Shown piece by piece: positions 46,498-57,802 of a stretch of DNA of 64,000 nt. The DNA comes from Lepidodermella squamata. Its lineage: Eukaryota; Animalia; Gastrotricha. Made by a program: the position numbers and the translations under genes. Each line of letters begins with the position of its first letter. Position 1 is the first letter of the stretch. The stretch covers positions 4,402,001-4,466,000 of the forward strand of contig JBLDXI010000007.1 of the NCBI GenBank assembly GCA_047495785.1, in the 5' to 3' direction. The notes beneath the pieces were generated by a model. It ran no database searches, was not told the origin of the DNA, and saw only the letters and a program-made list of their open reading frames with translations.

Positions 46498-48832
46498 GAT
46501 TCATAGTAAGTTCGTACCAGCAAATTCGTACCGTGATTCATTCGTAACGTGATATTTTCAGATAGAGTAAATTCGTATCAATTCATATTCGTATCGAAGG
46601 TTGTGACCTTTTCGTAACAAAAATTAATGCCCGATTAAAATTTCGAAAATGGTGATCTTTTCGTAACAAGCGTAAATAAAAGTAAAAATTGGTGATCGAT
46701 TCATAACAACAACACGTTAACGCGCGATACGATTGATTCTACGACTGGCAACAGTGGCAACAGCATCAGCAGCAACAACAATGGCAGCAGTTTCAACAGT
46801 GGCAAGCGCAATTCTATCAGGCCCATGTTATTCAACAGCAACCATTACTACAACCGGTTCAGTTTCCACTTCCCATTCCTGCTACCCAACCGGCACTACC
46901 TCAAGTTCAGCCTCAAATTGAACAGCCCACTTTGGCTCAGCTTCCAAGACCTGCAATGCCTAATCCTCTCGTCATTCCTGATCGATTCTATTCAACGACC
47001 CGAAACAACAGGGCTCTGGGCTCGAAAGGTTAGATTGATAAAAATGATCAATCAGGAATTATGTGTTATTTCTTCAAAGGTTTTGCTTACTACTGGGTCG
47101 AATCTCGTGAAAATTTCCGTTGCAAGGATTGTTTCATTAGCCCGGTACTGAATGCCAACGTCAGCGAGGTTGTCGGTCTAGTTGGTAGCCATAACCATGC
47201 TCCAGATTACTACTCGGTCGAGTCCGATATAGCTCTTGCCAAGATGAGGGCTCGCGTGAGATCGGAAAACTGGGTCGGCATCCCCGAAATTTACCGGTCT
47301 GAGCTGAAAAACGCGATGGATTTCGCTGAGCAGGCTGGCTTGAATCGAGAGGAATTGGCAACAAAGATTCCGAATTTTGAGGATATGAAAAGGTCTTTGT
47401 ATCGGATTCGAGACCAGCTTGAACCGAAGCGACCTCGTCCTTACAAGGTGACAGCCTGGTTCTCTATGTTATCCACTCCAGATGAGAAAATGATGAAGTA
47501 CATGCGGAACCAACGTGGTGACATGGTTTTAAGGCATCATGAAATTGTTCTAGACATTCGCAAACCAGGCGCATTTGTCGTCTTCGCTACTGACGCTGAT
47601 CTTATCCGCCTAGCTAGCAGCGAGCGCTGGTTTGTCGATGGGACTTTCAAGTGTGTTCCGGCGATATTTTACCAGCTTGTAACCTTGCTGTCATTAGTTG
47701 ACAACAACAAGTTCGCAGTCCACGGCGGTTTCGTTCTCATGACTAATAAAACCGAGGATTTGTACATGCGGGTCTTCAAATATCTACGGGACCAAATGGA
47801 ACGGCTGTGCCCGGTTTTAGTGACTCAAGTCACATGCGATTTTGAATTAGCGTTGCTCAATAGCCTTCGAGCTGTTTTTTTCGTCACGATAATTGGTTGT
47901 TTGTTGCACTTCTGCCAAGCTATCTTAAAACAGGTAGTGAATCTTAAGCTTTGGAACGAATACGTCGAGCCCGGTTCTTTGGTGCGCAAAGCTGTCCGAA
48001 GGTGTATGGCCCTGCCTTTGCTGCCCATCAACAACGTTCGAGCTGCCTTTGCGAACGTGCGCGAAGAAGCACCACAGCATGTTGAGCTCAATCAGTTCTT
48101 CGAATACTTCGAAACTTTTTGGTTTCGTATTGGAATGGGCTGCTGGAATGTCCATGGTTTGGACAAGCGGACGAATAACTTTGCCGAGGGTGGAAACAAC
48201 AAGATAAATAAGAAGGTTAAAGTCCCACACCCGCATGTGTGGCGATTCTGTAACGTCATTTTGGAGCTGGAATCGGAAACTCGAGCTGCGCTAGACCAGA
48301 TTAGCGCAAAGAACTTCAAAGCGCCAGTAAAGCGGGTTTACCAACGGCTCAATGAGCGTTTCCGAGCTTACTGGAAGGACTTGGCTGACGGGCGCATGGG
48401 TTTCATGACATTTTTGGACGCTGCATCGCATCTCCTTTCCGAGTTAAAGGAAAAGAAACCGCCGGTTGATCGTCTTGGCCTCGATGACGAAGAAGGGGTG
48501 CCACTTGACCTGGTCGTTGTAGATGGCGAAGAAGTTGAGTCAAGCGAGGAAGAGCAGGGCCAAGACTAATTACTGTGTTCATTATGATTTGATTCTACAT
48601 GTTACTAGCTTTCACCTCTGAGATGTTCTCATACAAACGGAATTAAAAGCGTTACGAATCGATCACTCTTTTGGTTTAATTTGTTACGAAAAGATCACGA
48701 AATTAATTCAAAAATAATTATTTTAATTTGAAATTGTGTTACGAAAAGATCACGCAATTAGTTACGAAAAGGTACCTAGTTTGTTACGAAATGTCCCGTT
48801 ACGAATTTGCGAGTACGAACTTACTATTCACC
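46498..48832 (+). mobile_element. Mutator-like (MULE) DNA transposon, 2335 bp
   Basis: Imperfect TIRs G(AT/GT)..ATAGTAAGTTCGTAC; subterminal TTACGAAAAGATCAC repeats; flanking duplication GTAATAA. Confidence 0.9.
46956..48569 (+). CDS. FLYWCH/MULE DDE transposase
   Basis: FLYWCH-like FYSTTRNNRALGSK^GFAYY..C..C..HNH across a probable intron 47029-47078; WFVDGTFK, TCDFE, GCLLHFCQA, RTNNFAEG catalytic motifs; open to the stop. Start codon uncertain. Confidence 0.8.
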
Positions 48833-50381
48833 GTAATAATACTGCCTAAATATTTGAATTTCGTCACTTTTTCAAGTTTTTTCCCGTTTAGTTCCAATTC
48901 ATAATTTTGTGCAGCCGACTCGTCCTTAGAAATAATCATATATTGAGTTTTTGCCACGTTGATTTTCAAACCCAATTCGATGCAAGCCAAATCAAAAATA
49001 TTAAGTAGTCGTGAAATTTCGTCATGGTTCATGCCTAATAGTGTCCCGTCGTCAGCAAAAGCCAGTAGATTTAGGAAATCGGTCTCTCCCAAAGGGGTCT
49101 CGCCAATAGGAAAGCCTAATTTTTCAGCAGATATTTTTTCGCAAATTTTGTTGAAAGTCGCTATAAATAGCAAAGGGGACAGTGGGCAACCTTGTCTTAA
49201 ACCCCTAGTTACATAGAAGAAATCTGAGAGCTCAGAATCTACTCTAACAGCGACTTTATTAACTTTATATAAACTTTGGATAGCTTCAATTAAACTGGGG
49301 TCTACACCCATGTTTTGGAGGGCGGCCCATACTTTTTCTCTATCGACCAGATCATAGGCTTTTTCGAGGTCTATACAAACTAAATGAAGTTCTTTCTTAA
49401 ACAACATAATTTTTTCGATGATTTGTCGCAGGACATAGATGCAGTCTCTGGTGCCCTTAAGGGGCTGAAAACCGAATTGTAATTTAGAGATTTTTGAGCC
49501 AATCAATGATCTTAATTTTCGTTCAAGGATAATGGCATACAGTTTTCCTACAACAGAGGCCTTGTTATTATTGCTAAAACCACATTTTTTGCCTCGTCCA
49601 CAAAAATCGTATTTTTTGCCTCGATCAGATGAATTCTCCGCTAGTTTCGAGTCCATACTGCTATTAGTCCCAAGACCTGTCCACCGCCACTCCCACGAGT
49701 GCAGCTTTGTCGAGCAGCATTGCCTAGGATTAGTCCGCACTAGTGGCGAGCAGTGGGCATCCAGCACTGAATAAAAGTTTGAGCAGTGCAGGAAATGAAA
49801 AAATGGAGAGCAAAAAGAAACGGCGGCGCGCGACTCGAACTCGGCATTCGGCACCCCCATTACACCACCAGTGCCGATGTGTCGAAATAGGCGGTTGTAG
49901 GGCCGTCAAATGTGACTCAATTTTAAACGTATGGATTATCTACCGATGATAGAGGGGCTAATCTACCGAGTATCTTATCGATTTGCTGCTGATTGAGATT
50001 TAATTTATTCGAGGCTTGACTTCATTTTTGATTGATTGATGCTCGACTATTGCGCAGTTCACAGATTAGTATTACTCTCAACAAGTGATTTTCTCCTGCA
50101 CGCGACCCAAATAACAAAAGATCGTAATGAGTCATCTCTGCACGCATAAATGTAACAGCGCGTCAGGTCTATGATATTTATTTATCTACGTTTTCTAATG
50201 AACAATAATTATGTGTTAATGTACAGCGTTTTTCAAGCAATTATCATAATTGATTGCTGCTAGGGTTATCTTTTAACGCTGTAGTTAGGTTCAGCATTTG
50301 ATGGTTTGCAAGGTTATTACAGCATATCAATATAAATTATCAAAAATAAAATCAATCTTTCCGTCTCTTCCTGCGGCATTT

Positions 50382-53300
50382 TCATACGAACAATTGATAA
50401 GCCAATAGGATGGACGAAGAAACGATGACCAAGCCTGCTCCGATCATGTCGAAAATCCTAATTATACCAACTTTGACCGTTGTTTTTGTGAGAAATCTGA
50501 TCGACAGATTTTCATGGCCACAAGCCACTAGCTGCAACAAAAGTGTAGCCCCGCAAATCCAGACCATGCCGTTTGCACTCTGCACTAGATAGCAAGATCC
50601 CGAAGTCTTAGGCATTCGGTTCGTAATGCTGAAATCAGCTGAACTCATAGAAAACAGAACCAGCACAGAAATCACCGGTCTCTGCGGCATAATAGGCGGT
50701 AAGAAGTAAGAAGCAGCCAGGGCTAGGGCTAAAACGCCGAGGGGAGCTATCAAAGCCACCCACTCGGCAATAGCGGCTCGTTTGAAAGTCAAACTGTAGA
50801 AAACTGCGCTGGTTTGAACGCCGTTGTAGTTCAAAGTCGTCAAAACAGCCATTTGACCCTTGCGAACCCATTCCCTCCCCAGATCGGAATCCGATATTTC
50901 AAAAACAGGCTCAGTGAATAGGTTAGAAGATTTGGTCAGTGAGAATCCGAAAATGCATGTCTGTTGGTCAAAGGGATAGTTGTACAAATCGAATTCACAA
51001 TGCGCAGAAATAGTTCCAGATTTCAGCTGGTATAAGTCGATTTTTTGGGTTTCTGATGCGTCTTCAACTTGAGTTGTCGCGATTATCGTATTCTGAAGCG
51101 ATTTTTCTGACCAGTCCAAGGCTGGATTTGCGAGTTTGACCTCAGGCTTCCATACCTTTGTTGGATCAGTGATTTGGAGTTGCTGCAGATCAGGCGAGTC
51201 ATCGGGGTCAGCCGGGCAAGTCTCAACCTCCCAATTCAGCGTCAGCGTCCCAGTTACAGTGATTTTCTGATTTTCCTCGTCAATCTCGTAGATTTTGTCG
51301 ATCACAAAAGTTGGGATTATCGACATGGACCCACTGGACGAGATCAGGGCGAGATCAGGGCATGTCTCGGCGACATCTTCGATCGTGGAGCTTGCGAGAG
51401 GCAAGTCGGAAATTTTCGATAATAGTCGGTTGTTTTGTGAACTTGCATTCTGCAGCTTAGCGATAACTGCCAACGCAGTGCCTGCGTCTACAAACAAATC
51501 GATTAAATTTGACCAGAAGTGCTAACGGACTGAAAACCTGGGCTGCCATTAGAGGAAACAACCACTGTGGTGGCTTTGCTAGCGAGAGATGCAGATGAGG
51601 AGGCGGTAGATGCCTGCGATGTTGATTTTAAAACAATTTCAAGCATAAACGAACCGTATGACGTCTTACTTTTGAAGGTGACGCTGACGTTGACGCAATG
51701 CTAGTGGGCGTTGCCTGTTATTAGCGGCAGAAAAAAACATAGGCAGCGGTGGAAATTATCATTCAATTCTTACTGTCGACGTTGAAACGATCTGAATGTG
51801 TATTCATATTTAGCGATCGATGAATATTGAAAATGAATGTTACCCTTACGGTTGAGATTTGATTCGTAGGAATCGTCAACGCAGCGGTTGCAATGGCGGT
51901 TGTTTTTGTCGTCATCGTGGGGCTCAATGATGTCGTAGTTGTTGGAGTGGTGCTCATTGAAGTAGAGGCTGGTGTTGTCGACGTCGAAGATGGCGCAGTT
52001 GTGCTTGGAGTTTGGGTTGTTATAGTAGTAGTTGTAGCTGTCGCCGTTGTTGTTGGCGTAGTCATGGTACTCGATGAACTACTTGGAGACGTGGATGCTG
52101 CATTGGTTGAAGTGCTTGGGGTGGGGCTCGTCGAAGTCGAAAAAGTCGTGCTGGGGGTTGTTGTTGTAGTTGAAGCAGTAGTTGTTGTCGGGGCAGTACT
52201 CGAAGTACTTGAAGTAGAGGTCGTAGACGGCGATGTTGAAGTTGGGCTTGGAGATGTTGTTGTTGTAGTAGTCGGGCTGGTCGTAGAAGTACTTGGAGAA
52301 GTAGATGTTGTAGTACTCGAAGTACTCGAAGTAGGGGTCGTAGACGGCGATGTTGTTGTTGTAGTAGTAGAAGTCGTACTTGTGGTTGTCGGGGTTGTCG
52401 TGGTAGTACTTGGGGAAGTAGACGTCGTCGTGGTTGAAGTGCTCGTGGTAGGGGTGGTCGACGTCGTAGAAGACGATTTTGAAGTTGTCGTACTAGTCGA
52501 GGTCGTCGTAGTTGTGGTTGTGCTGGTCGACGTTGTTGGCGTGCAATCGTACATAGCCACGTAGTACAGGTCAGCCGTGTCCGAATAGCCGCCACTCCGC
52601 CCGCCGATGCCGAAAAGCATGTTCTGACCCGTGAAGTAGCTGGCGATATTCACGGGAGAAGCTGCGCTCGAGAACGGCCCGATGCACGTACCGTTTTGTA
52701 AGCACATAGCTAACTGTGGTCGACAAAATAGAGATGGCTACATCAAATGTTATCGATTCATTCAAATACTATCATACTAATTTCGAAGCAAATCAATAAA
52801 ACCAAGATGACGCGACTTTTTAACATCTGCCATAACCCTGAGCAACACAGGAATTCCCGACGATTGAGATGAAGTCAGTATTGCTACACTTCAAACTTCA
52901 ACTCTTTTTCATTGTAAACACCCCTATCAGTCTTTATCTACAATTATTCTAGAATTTCGGGGATGGATGAGGAATTGCGTGGTTTCTAGCCCTGAGTGTT
53001 ACATTTGTTTCGATTTCCGAGTTTTCTCTATAAAGAATAAGGAGGGGGATAAGGAGAAGCTGGCCTAGCTCAAGTTATTGCTTTTAACACTTTAACTGCC
53101 AAAAATAGACTGCGAGGTCCGACATTTGGGTCTAATTCCTACGTCTGTCAAAAAGTCATTTTTTTCGGGTCAACGATGCGTCGAGGGGCAAAATGCCTGA
53201 CGGCAAAGTGCAGGCCATGACCCGGCGGTTCTTTTGACACCAAATTTAGGGCCAAAGACATCAAGGAACGCACAGAAATCAAACTTGAAAAACAGTGAAA

Positions 53301-54367
53301 TTTCGATTGTTGCGCCATAATCTGGGTCTAATAATTAGGTCCAATTCTTGGGTCTGATTTTTGGCTCTAATCCAAAATTTCGACGTTATTTCACTGTCAT
53401 TTTCAATGACCTGCTGAGACCTTGTGGCCCCGAATTCGGTGTCAAAAGAACCGCCGGGTCATGGCCTACACTTTGCCGTCAGGCATTTCGCCCCTCGACG
53501 CATCGTTGATCCGAAAAAAATGGCTTTTTGACAGACGTAGGAATTAGACCCAAATGTCGGACCTCGCAGTCTATTTTTGGCAGTTAAAGTGTTAACCAGG
53601 GTACGAAGTTTTTCGAAAGCGTAAAACTTGAAATGAAGAACAAGGTCCTCATGCTTATTACTTACGGAAACTTGAGTGCCGTTGAGAACACGAATCTGAT
53701 AGATGGCAAAGCTGTTGCTGAGCCACGGTGAACGCGAAGGGTTAGTAACAGCAACTTGGACTGAAGCTCCCCCAGCTGTCTGCGTGACTCTGGCATCAAC
53801 CAAAGTGCCATAGGAGGAAAACCCAACGCTCAATCCTACGAAAAGTGCAGAATCAAGTGCATACCCGGTAGCTATGGACGGGAAATCATGAATTCTCATT
53901 TATCATGAGGTCATTTTTCTAGATAAAATCACTTGTAGTTGGTGGTCGCTTCATTGAAGCGTTGTTAGCGATGACAACGCGGAATCCATCACCTGGCAGG
54001 CCATCCAGGTCGGTTATATACGCCAATATTTCGATGTAAAAGTTATTGATATTGAACAGCTATTTTACATTTCAAAAACACCAATCATCATTAATTTCTT
54101 AGAAATGCGAAATACCTGTTTATTCCAGAGGCCCGTTTCCCGCCACGTGTTACCCTCAGAAGACAACCTGGTCGTATTTGCTGGCTGGCCTGTGGCGTTG
54201 AGGTTCGCCATTGGCAGGAAGTCCCAATAGGCCGACCGATCACTGGCGTGGTTGATCAGCGACATCTGAGGCACTAAGGTTCCACAAGACAGCAAACTCT
54301 GCCCTTCGGCCGTTTCCAGCAAAGAGACAGAGAGAAAAGCAAAAACGGCTGAAATAGCTCGATTCAT
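50382..54367 (-). CDS. Gene F: one L-type lectin-like domain + long mucin-like stalk + divergent Cys-loop pLGIC subunit (class II), about 891 aa, 7 exons
   Basis: Exons 54367-54116, 54059-53933, 53871-53666, 52713-51850 (alternative donor 51844), 51714-51670, 51613-51538, 51487-50382; in frame. Cys-loop CEFDLYNYPFDQQTC; loop A VWKPEV; M2 PQRPVISVLVLF. Confidence 0.8.
51870..52545 (-). repeat. Ser/Thr/Pro codon low-complexity tract (mucin stalk of gene F)
   Basis: ACN/TCN-rich; includes an internal duplication with about 117-bp spacing (52197 vs 52314). Confidence 0.85.
53088..53591. mobile_element. piggyBac-like palindromic MITE in gene F intron 3
   Basis: About 155-bp near-perfect TIRs starting CACTTTAACTGCC; TTAA on both sides. 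Confidence 0.85.
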
Positions 54368-55155
54368 TTTTCAACGCTTGAAAACAACGAAATGGGATAG
54401 CCGTTAGACGCTCATCGATGCGTATCTCGAGAAACATTCGCCATTAGGTAGCCATGCACTCACCGCCCTCGGAACAATGTCTTTCCATTGCCGTGCATTC
54501 AATGCCTGGATTTTAGAAGCACACGTGAGCTGTTCGCGATACATAAGTAATACGGCGCTAGCGGTTGCACCAGTATTTCTGAACAAAATAATAACTATTC
54601 TCAGTTTGTTGATGTATAATCTTCCCCTTTATCCTTCTAACAGGCTCCCGATCACGCAATAAAACATAAAACAAGTTGCTGTAATATGTGAATATATGAA
54701 TATTTGAACATTTTATGCGTAAATCGAAGTGTTTTTTCAGAATTCTCATATGAAGGCAAGCAGCCGGGTGATGATGCCAGAATGATGCGTGACGGCAAAA
54801 TTCTGCGCCGATTTTTGTTTCCGTCATATTTATATATCGTGAAATATTGGCGATATATGAAGTTGATTCGAAGGAAATATTCGACACTTCTATGTCAACG
54901 CATGCATTTTAAGACATAGGTCTGTTTATCAAAATGTGGTTAGAGACATAAATCTGAAATCCTCGTTGGATTTTTGGCAACCTAGAGATGCTGATCAAGC
55001 CATAGGTAACAGCATTAACGCTCGGCCACGTTATTATTCTTCTTGGATGAGAGCCAAGCATCTCGAGGTATTAACGTGTGCATCTCGTTATGATAGCATT
55101 GGAAGCTGTTGACTTTTCACCTTTTCCACAATTACTATAACCTTATGGCCGTGCA

Positions 55156-56826
55156 ATGGTCACTTTCTTACTAGTTACACTGTTCAACCTTCTCGGCCTC
55201 TCCAGCTGCCTTGGCGTTGACGAAATTTTCGAGACTGGTTACGCCCTGACACTTCAAAATCAATGGCATCAAGCTTTAGTGAGTTTCACCCATTGCTGGC
55301 GTGCTTTCGAGGAATCTGGCAGGCATCCTTCTCAAGGCTTATTCACCATTTTAGACTACGTTCAGTATTCCGCCTTCAAATCTGGAAATGCAAGTCATGC
55401 GGCTGAAATTGTACAACTTATGCTTCGGAAATTTCCCGACATCAATTTGGATACCAAAGAGAATTTGCTCAAGTCTTACGACAGTTACCTTGTCGCGATG
55501 CATAACACAGTCGCGGCCAAGTTTGGCGGGAACGAAAGAGACTTCTGGCGGCGGGCGTTGGCTCTAGAAAGGGCAGACAGTCCTAATTCGACTGAAATCT
55601 ATGTCGCACTTCAAAACTCGTGGCAAGCTTGGAAGATGGCCGATAACCTTTCGCTGACTCATTTCGTGCCTGGGGTTCAAATTTTAGAATTTTTGCAGCA
55701 CATTGCCTTCAAAATGAACAGAACTAATGAAGGCCATCTATACTGCGAGAAAATCTTGCAACTCGAGCCTGCTTTGAGCCAGCCGGTTCGTGAGCGATTT
55801 CATAGCCACATTGAGAAATGTAGAGTTCGAAGAAGTTACTGGCTTGCGAAACAGCTGGCAAATTCAACTCAGCAATCATCTAAGAAAAAATTGGCAAACG
55901 AACTAGCAAGTAGCTTTGAATACAACCTCTGTCGGGATGAAACAGCTACAGCCAAATTATTCAAAAATCCTGCTTTCTACTGTCGATACGAAAATAGAAA
56001 CTACCACCCGTTGCTGATTCTCAGTCCGGTAAAAGAGGAGATTCTTAAATTGGATCCTGTCGTCGTCACTTTTCACGATGTGCTAACGTCGCGTGAGATC
56101 GATTTGTTTAAGCGACTGGCGAAAGACAGCCTGGCAGATGCTGACATCGTTGAGTATAACACTGGCAACACCGAGCTGCAGGCTGATTTCAGGAAGCAAT
56201 TTGTTGCTTGGCTGGAAAATGGCTTATTCCGAGGCCTTCATCAACGGCTTGCAGCGTACACGGGGCTGAGCCCTTCAGATGACGGTATTGATGAGAACCA
56301 GCTCGAGAACTATTGAAAATGCCATTTGCAGGAAGTGAGCCGTTCCAAGTAGGCTACTACGAGCTTGGGGGCCGTAAGTTATTCGACGTCTTCATTTCGT
56401 TTGATTTGTGACCACATTTTAGACTTCATGCCCCATTGGGATTCCCTGGAGCACTCGCCAGACAACGATCCTGTAGGAAGGAGAATCGCGACTGCCCTGC
56501 TTTACCTTAACGAGGTTGAAGAGGGAGGCGCGACGGTCTTCAGCAAGTTGGGACTCAGGGTCGTGCCGAAACCTGGATCCGCCTTGTTCTGGTACAACAC
56601 GTATCGCAACGAGACTTTGGACAAGAGAACTCTGCATGGTGCTTGCCCGGTGATAAGAGGAGTCAAATGGGTATCATCATATTCCTTGTTCCTTGTTCCA
56701 TTTTCAAACGCGACGAAATGTCATCTATTACAGGTCGTCAACAAATGGTATACCTGGCGAGGGCAATTTTTCCACAAATTGCAAGACAAACGGACTTCTT
56801 TCTGTACTGATGATTTTTCAAACTGA
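55156..56826 (+). CDS. Prolyl 4-hydroxylase alpha-subunit-like protein, about 503 aa, 4 exons
   Basis: Exons 55156-56284, 56332-56373, 56423-56670, 56734-56826. Signal peptide; LILSPVKEEIL..VVTFHDVL; SEPFQVGYYELGGHFMPHWD (HxD); RIATALLYLNEVEEGGATVF; TLHGACPVIRGVKWVVNKW. Confidence 0.9.
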
Positions 56827-57802
56827 AATAAATTTGAATTCTACATTATTCATTTGTAATATTCATTTGCGAGAATCAGGAATAGTCAGAGGCATAAATT
56901 GTTTTTTTTGTCTGAATCGCGCAATTCAGGAGAAATAAAAAAAGACAACTACGACGAAACGAACTGCACATTATCGCGTTCAATCGAGGTGAAAAAACTT
57001 CGTAATTAATAATGAATTTCCTGGATTCATCTGTACTAGCAGAATCAATTTTGCACATGTTGCACAAAACATGTTGCACAAACTGAATTTTGTTAGCGGA
57101 TTCAATCCTTTACTGCGAAGCGAAGCTAGATGATTCAAGGGAACCGCAATCTTGAGTGAAATTAGCAGAAAAATGGACCTGGCATCACTGATTGATTGAT
57201 CATTGATTTCAGCTTCATTTCCTCATTCGAAGGTCCGAACTTTAAACTCGCCACCGCTTGTATCATTTAAACTTGAATCGAACGCGTTAATAACTCATAA
57301 AGCCGTTGAGTTTTGCGCATAAATATCAAGGAGCCGCGCTGCAAGTAGGCGGTTATTTCCAAGTTTTAAAATAATGTATTGAGTAGGCTGGCTTAAGGAT
57401 CGCCTCCGCTCCGAACATTGATGGAAGCTAATCGGAGGCGGGAGAAAACAACTATTTTCGAACACGCATCAGCCGAATTTGAAATGTCTGTTTCAATGCC
57501 TTTTTTAAGTGCTCCTCTTCATAAATCTATTTTGACTCGCCAGTTTTTTGCTTTCTTCCCAGACATCATTCAGTGTGCGGTTACCTCTTACCCCAGTTTG
57601 AGAGCTAGATCTAGGCAAGAAAACTAGGAAGAACTCTGATCCCAAAATTCACGTTGGAAAACACCCAATTTTTCGAAAATACTCTTTCGTACATCGTCAA
57701 TTTAATAAAAGGTATTCTTCAGGTAACTTGAGAAATCAGCAAAACATTCATGGGAATTTGTGTCGGCAGACAACAAAACGAATAGCATAACCTGTGAAAG
57801 TA

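Larger units (their letters stand above)
45637..49556 (-). mobile_element. 5'-truncated RTE-like LINE split by a MULE
   Basis: RT QFGFQP..IDLEKAYD..GLRQGCPLSPLLF..FADD..FKYLGSII, resuming TSDGKIDEELNYRI after the MULE; (TAT)n tail; 12-bp TSD AGGCCTTGTTAT. Confidence 0.9.
45017..49674. mobile_element. Foldback-type DNA element with about 275-bp TIRs; right arm split by a LINE
   Basis: Left arm 45017 to about 45291; right arm about 45480-45636 plus 49557-49674; 8-bp TSD ACCTGTCC (45009-45016, 49675-49682). Confidence 0.85.

Noticed and set aside
48799-49860. 353-aa ORF as a host gene
   Set aside because: Chance read-through from foldback TIR sequence into a truncated LINE RT and the MULE end.
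51893-52564. 223-aa Val-rich plus-strand ORF
   Set aside because: Antisense shadow of the Thr/Ser codons of the gene F stalk.
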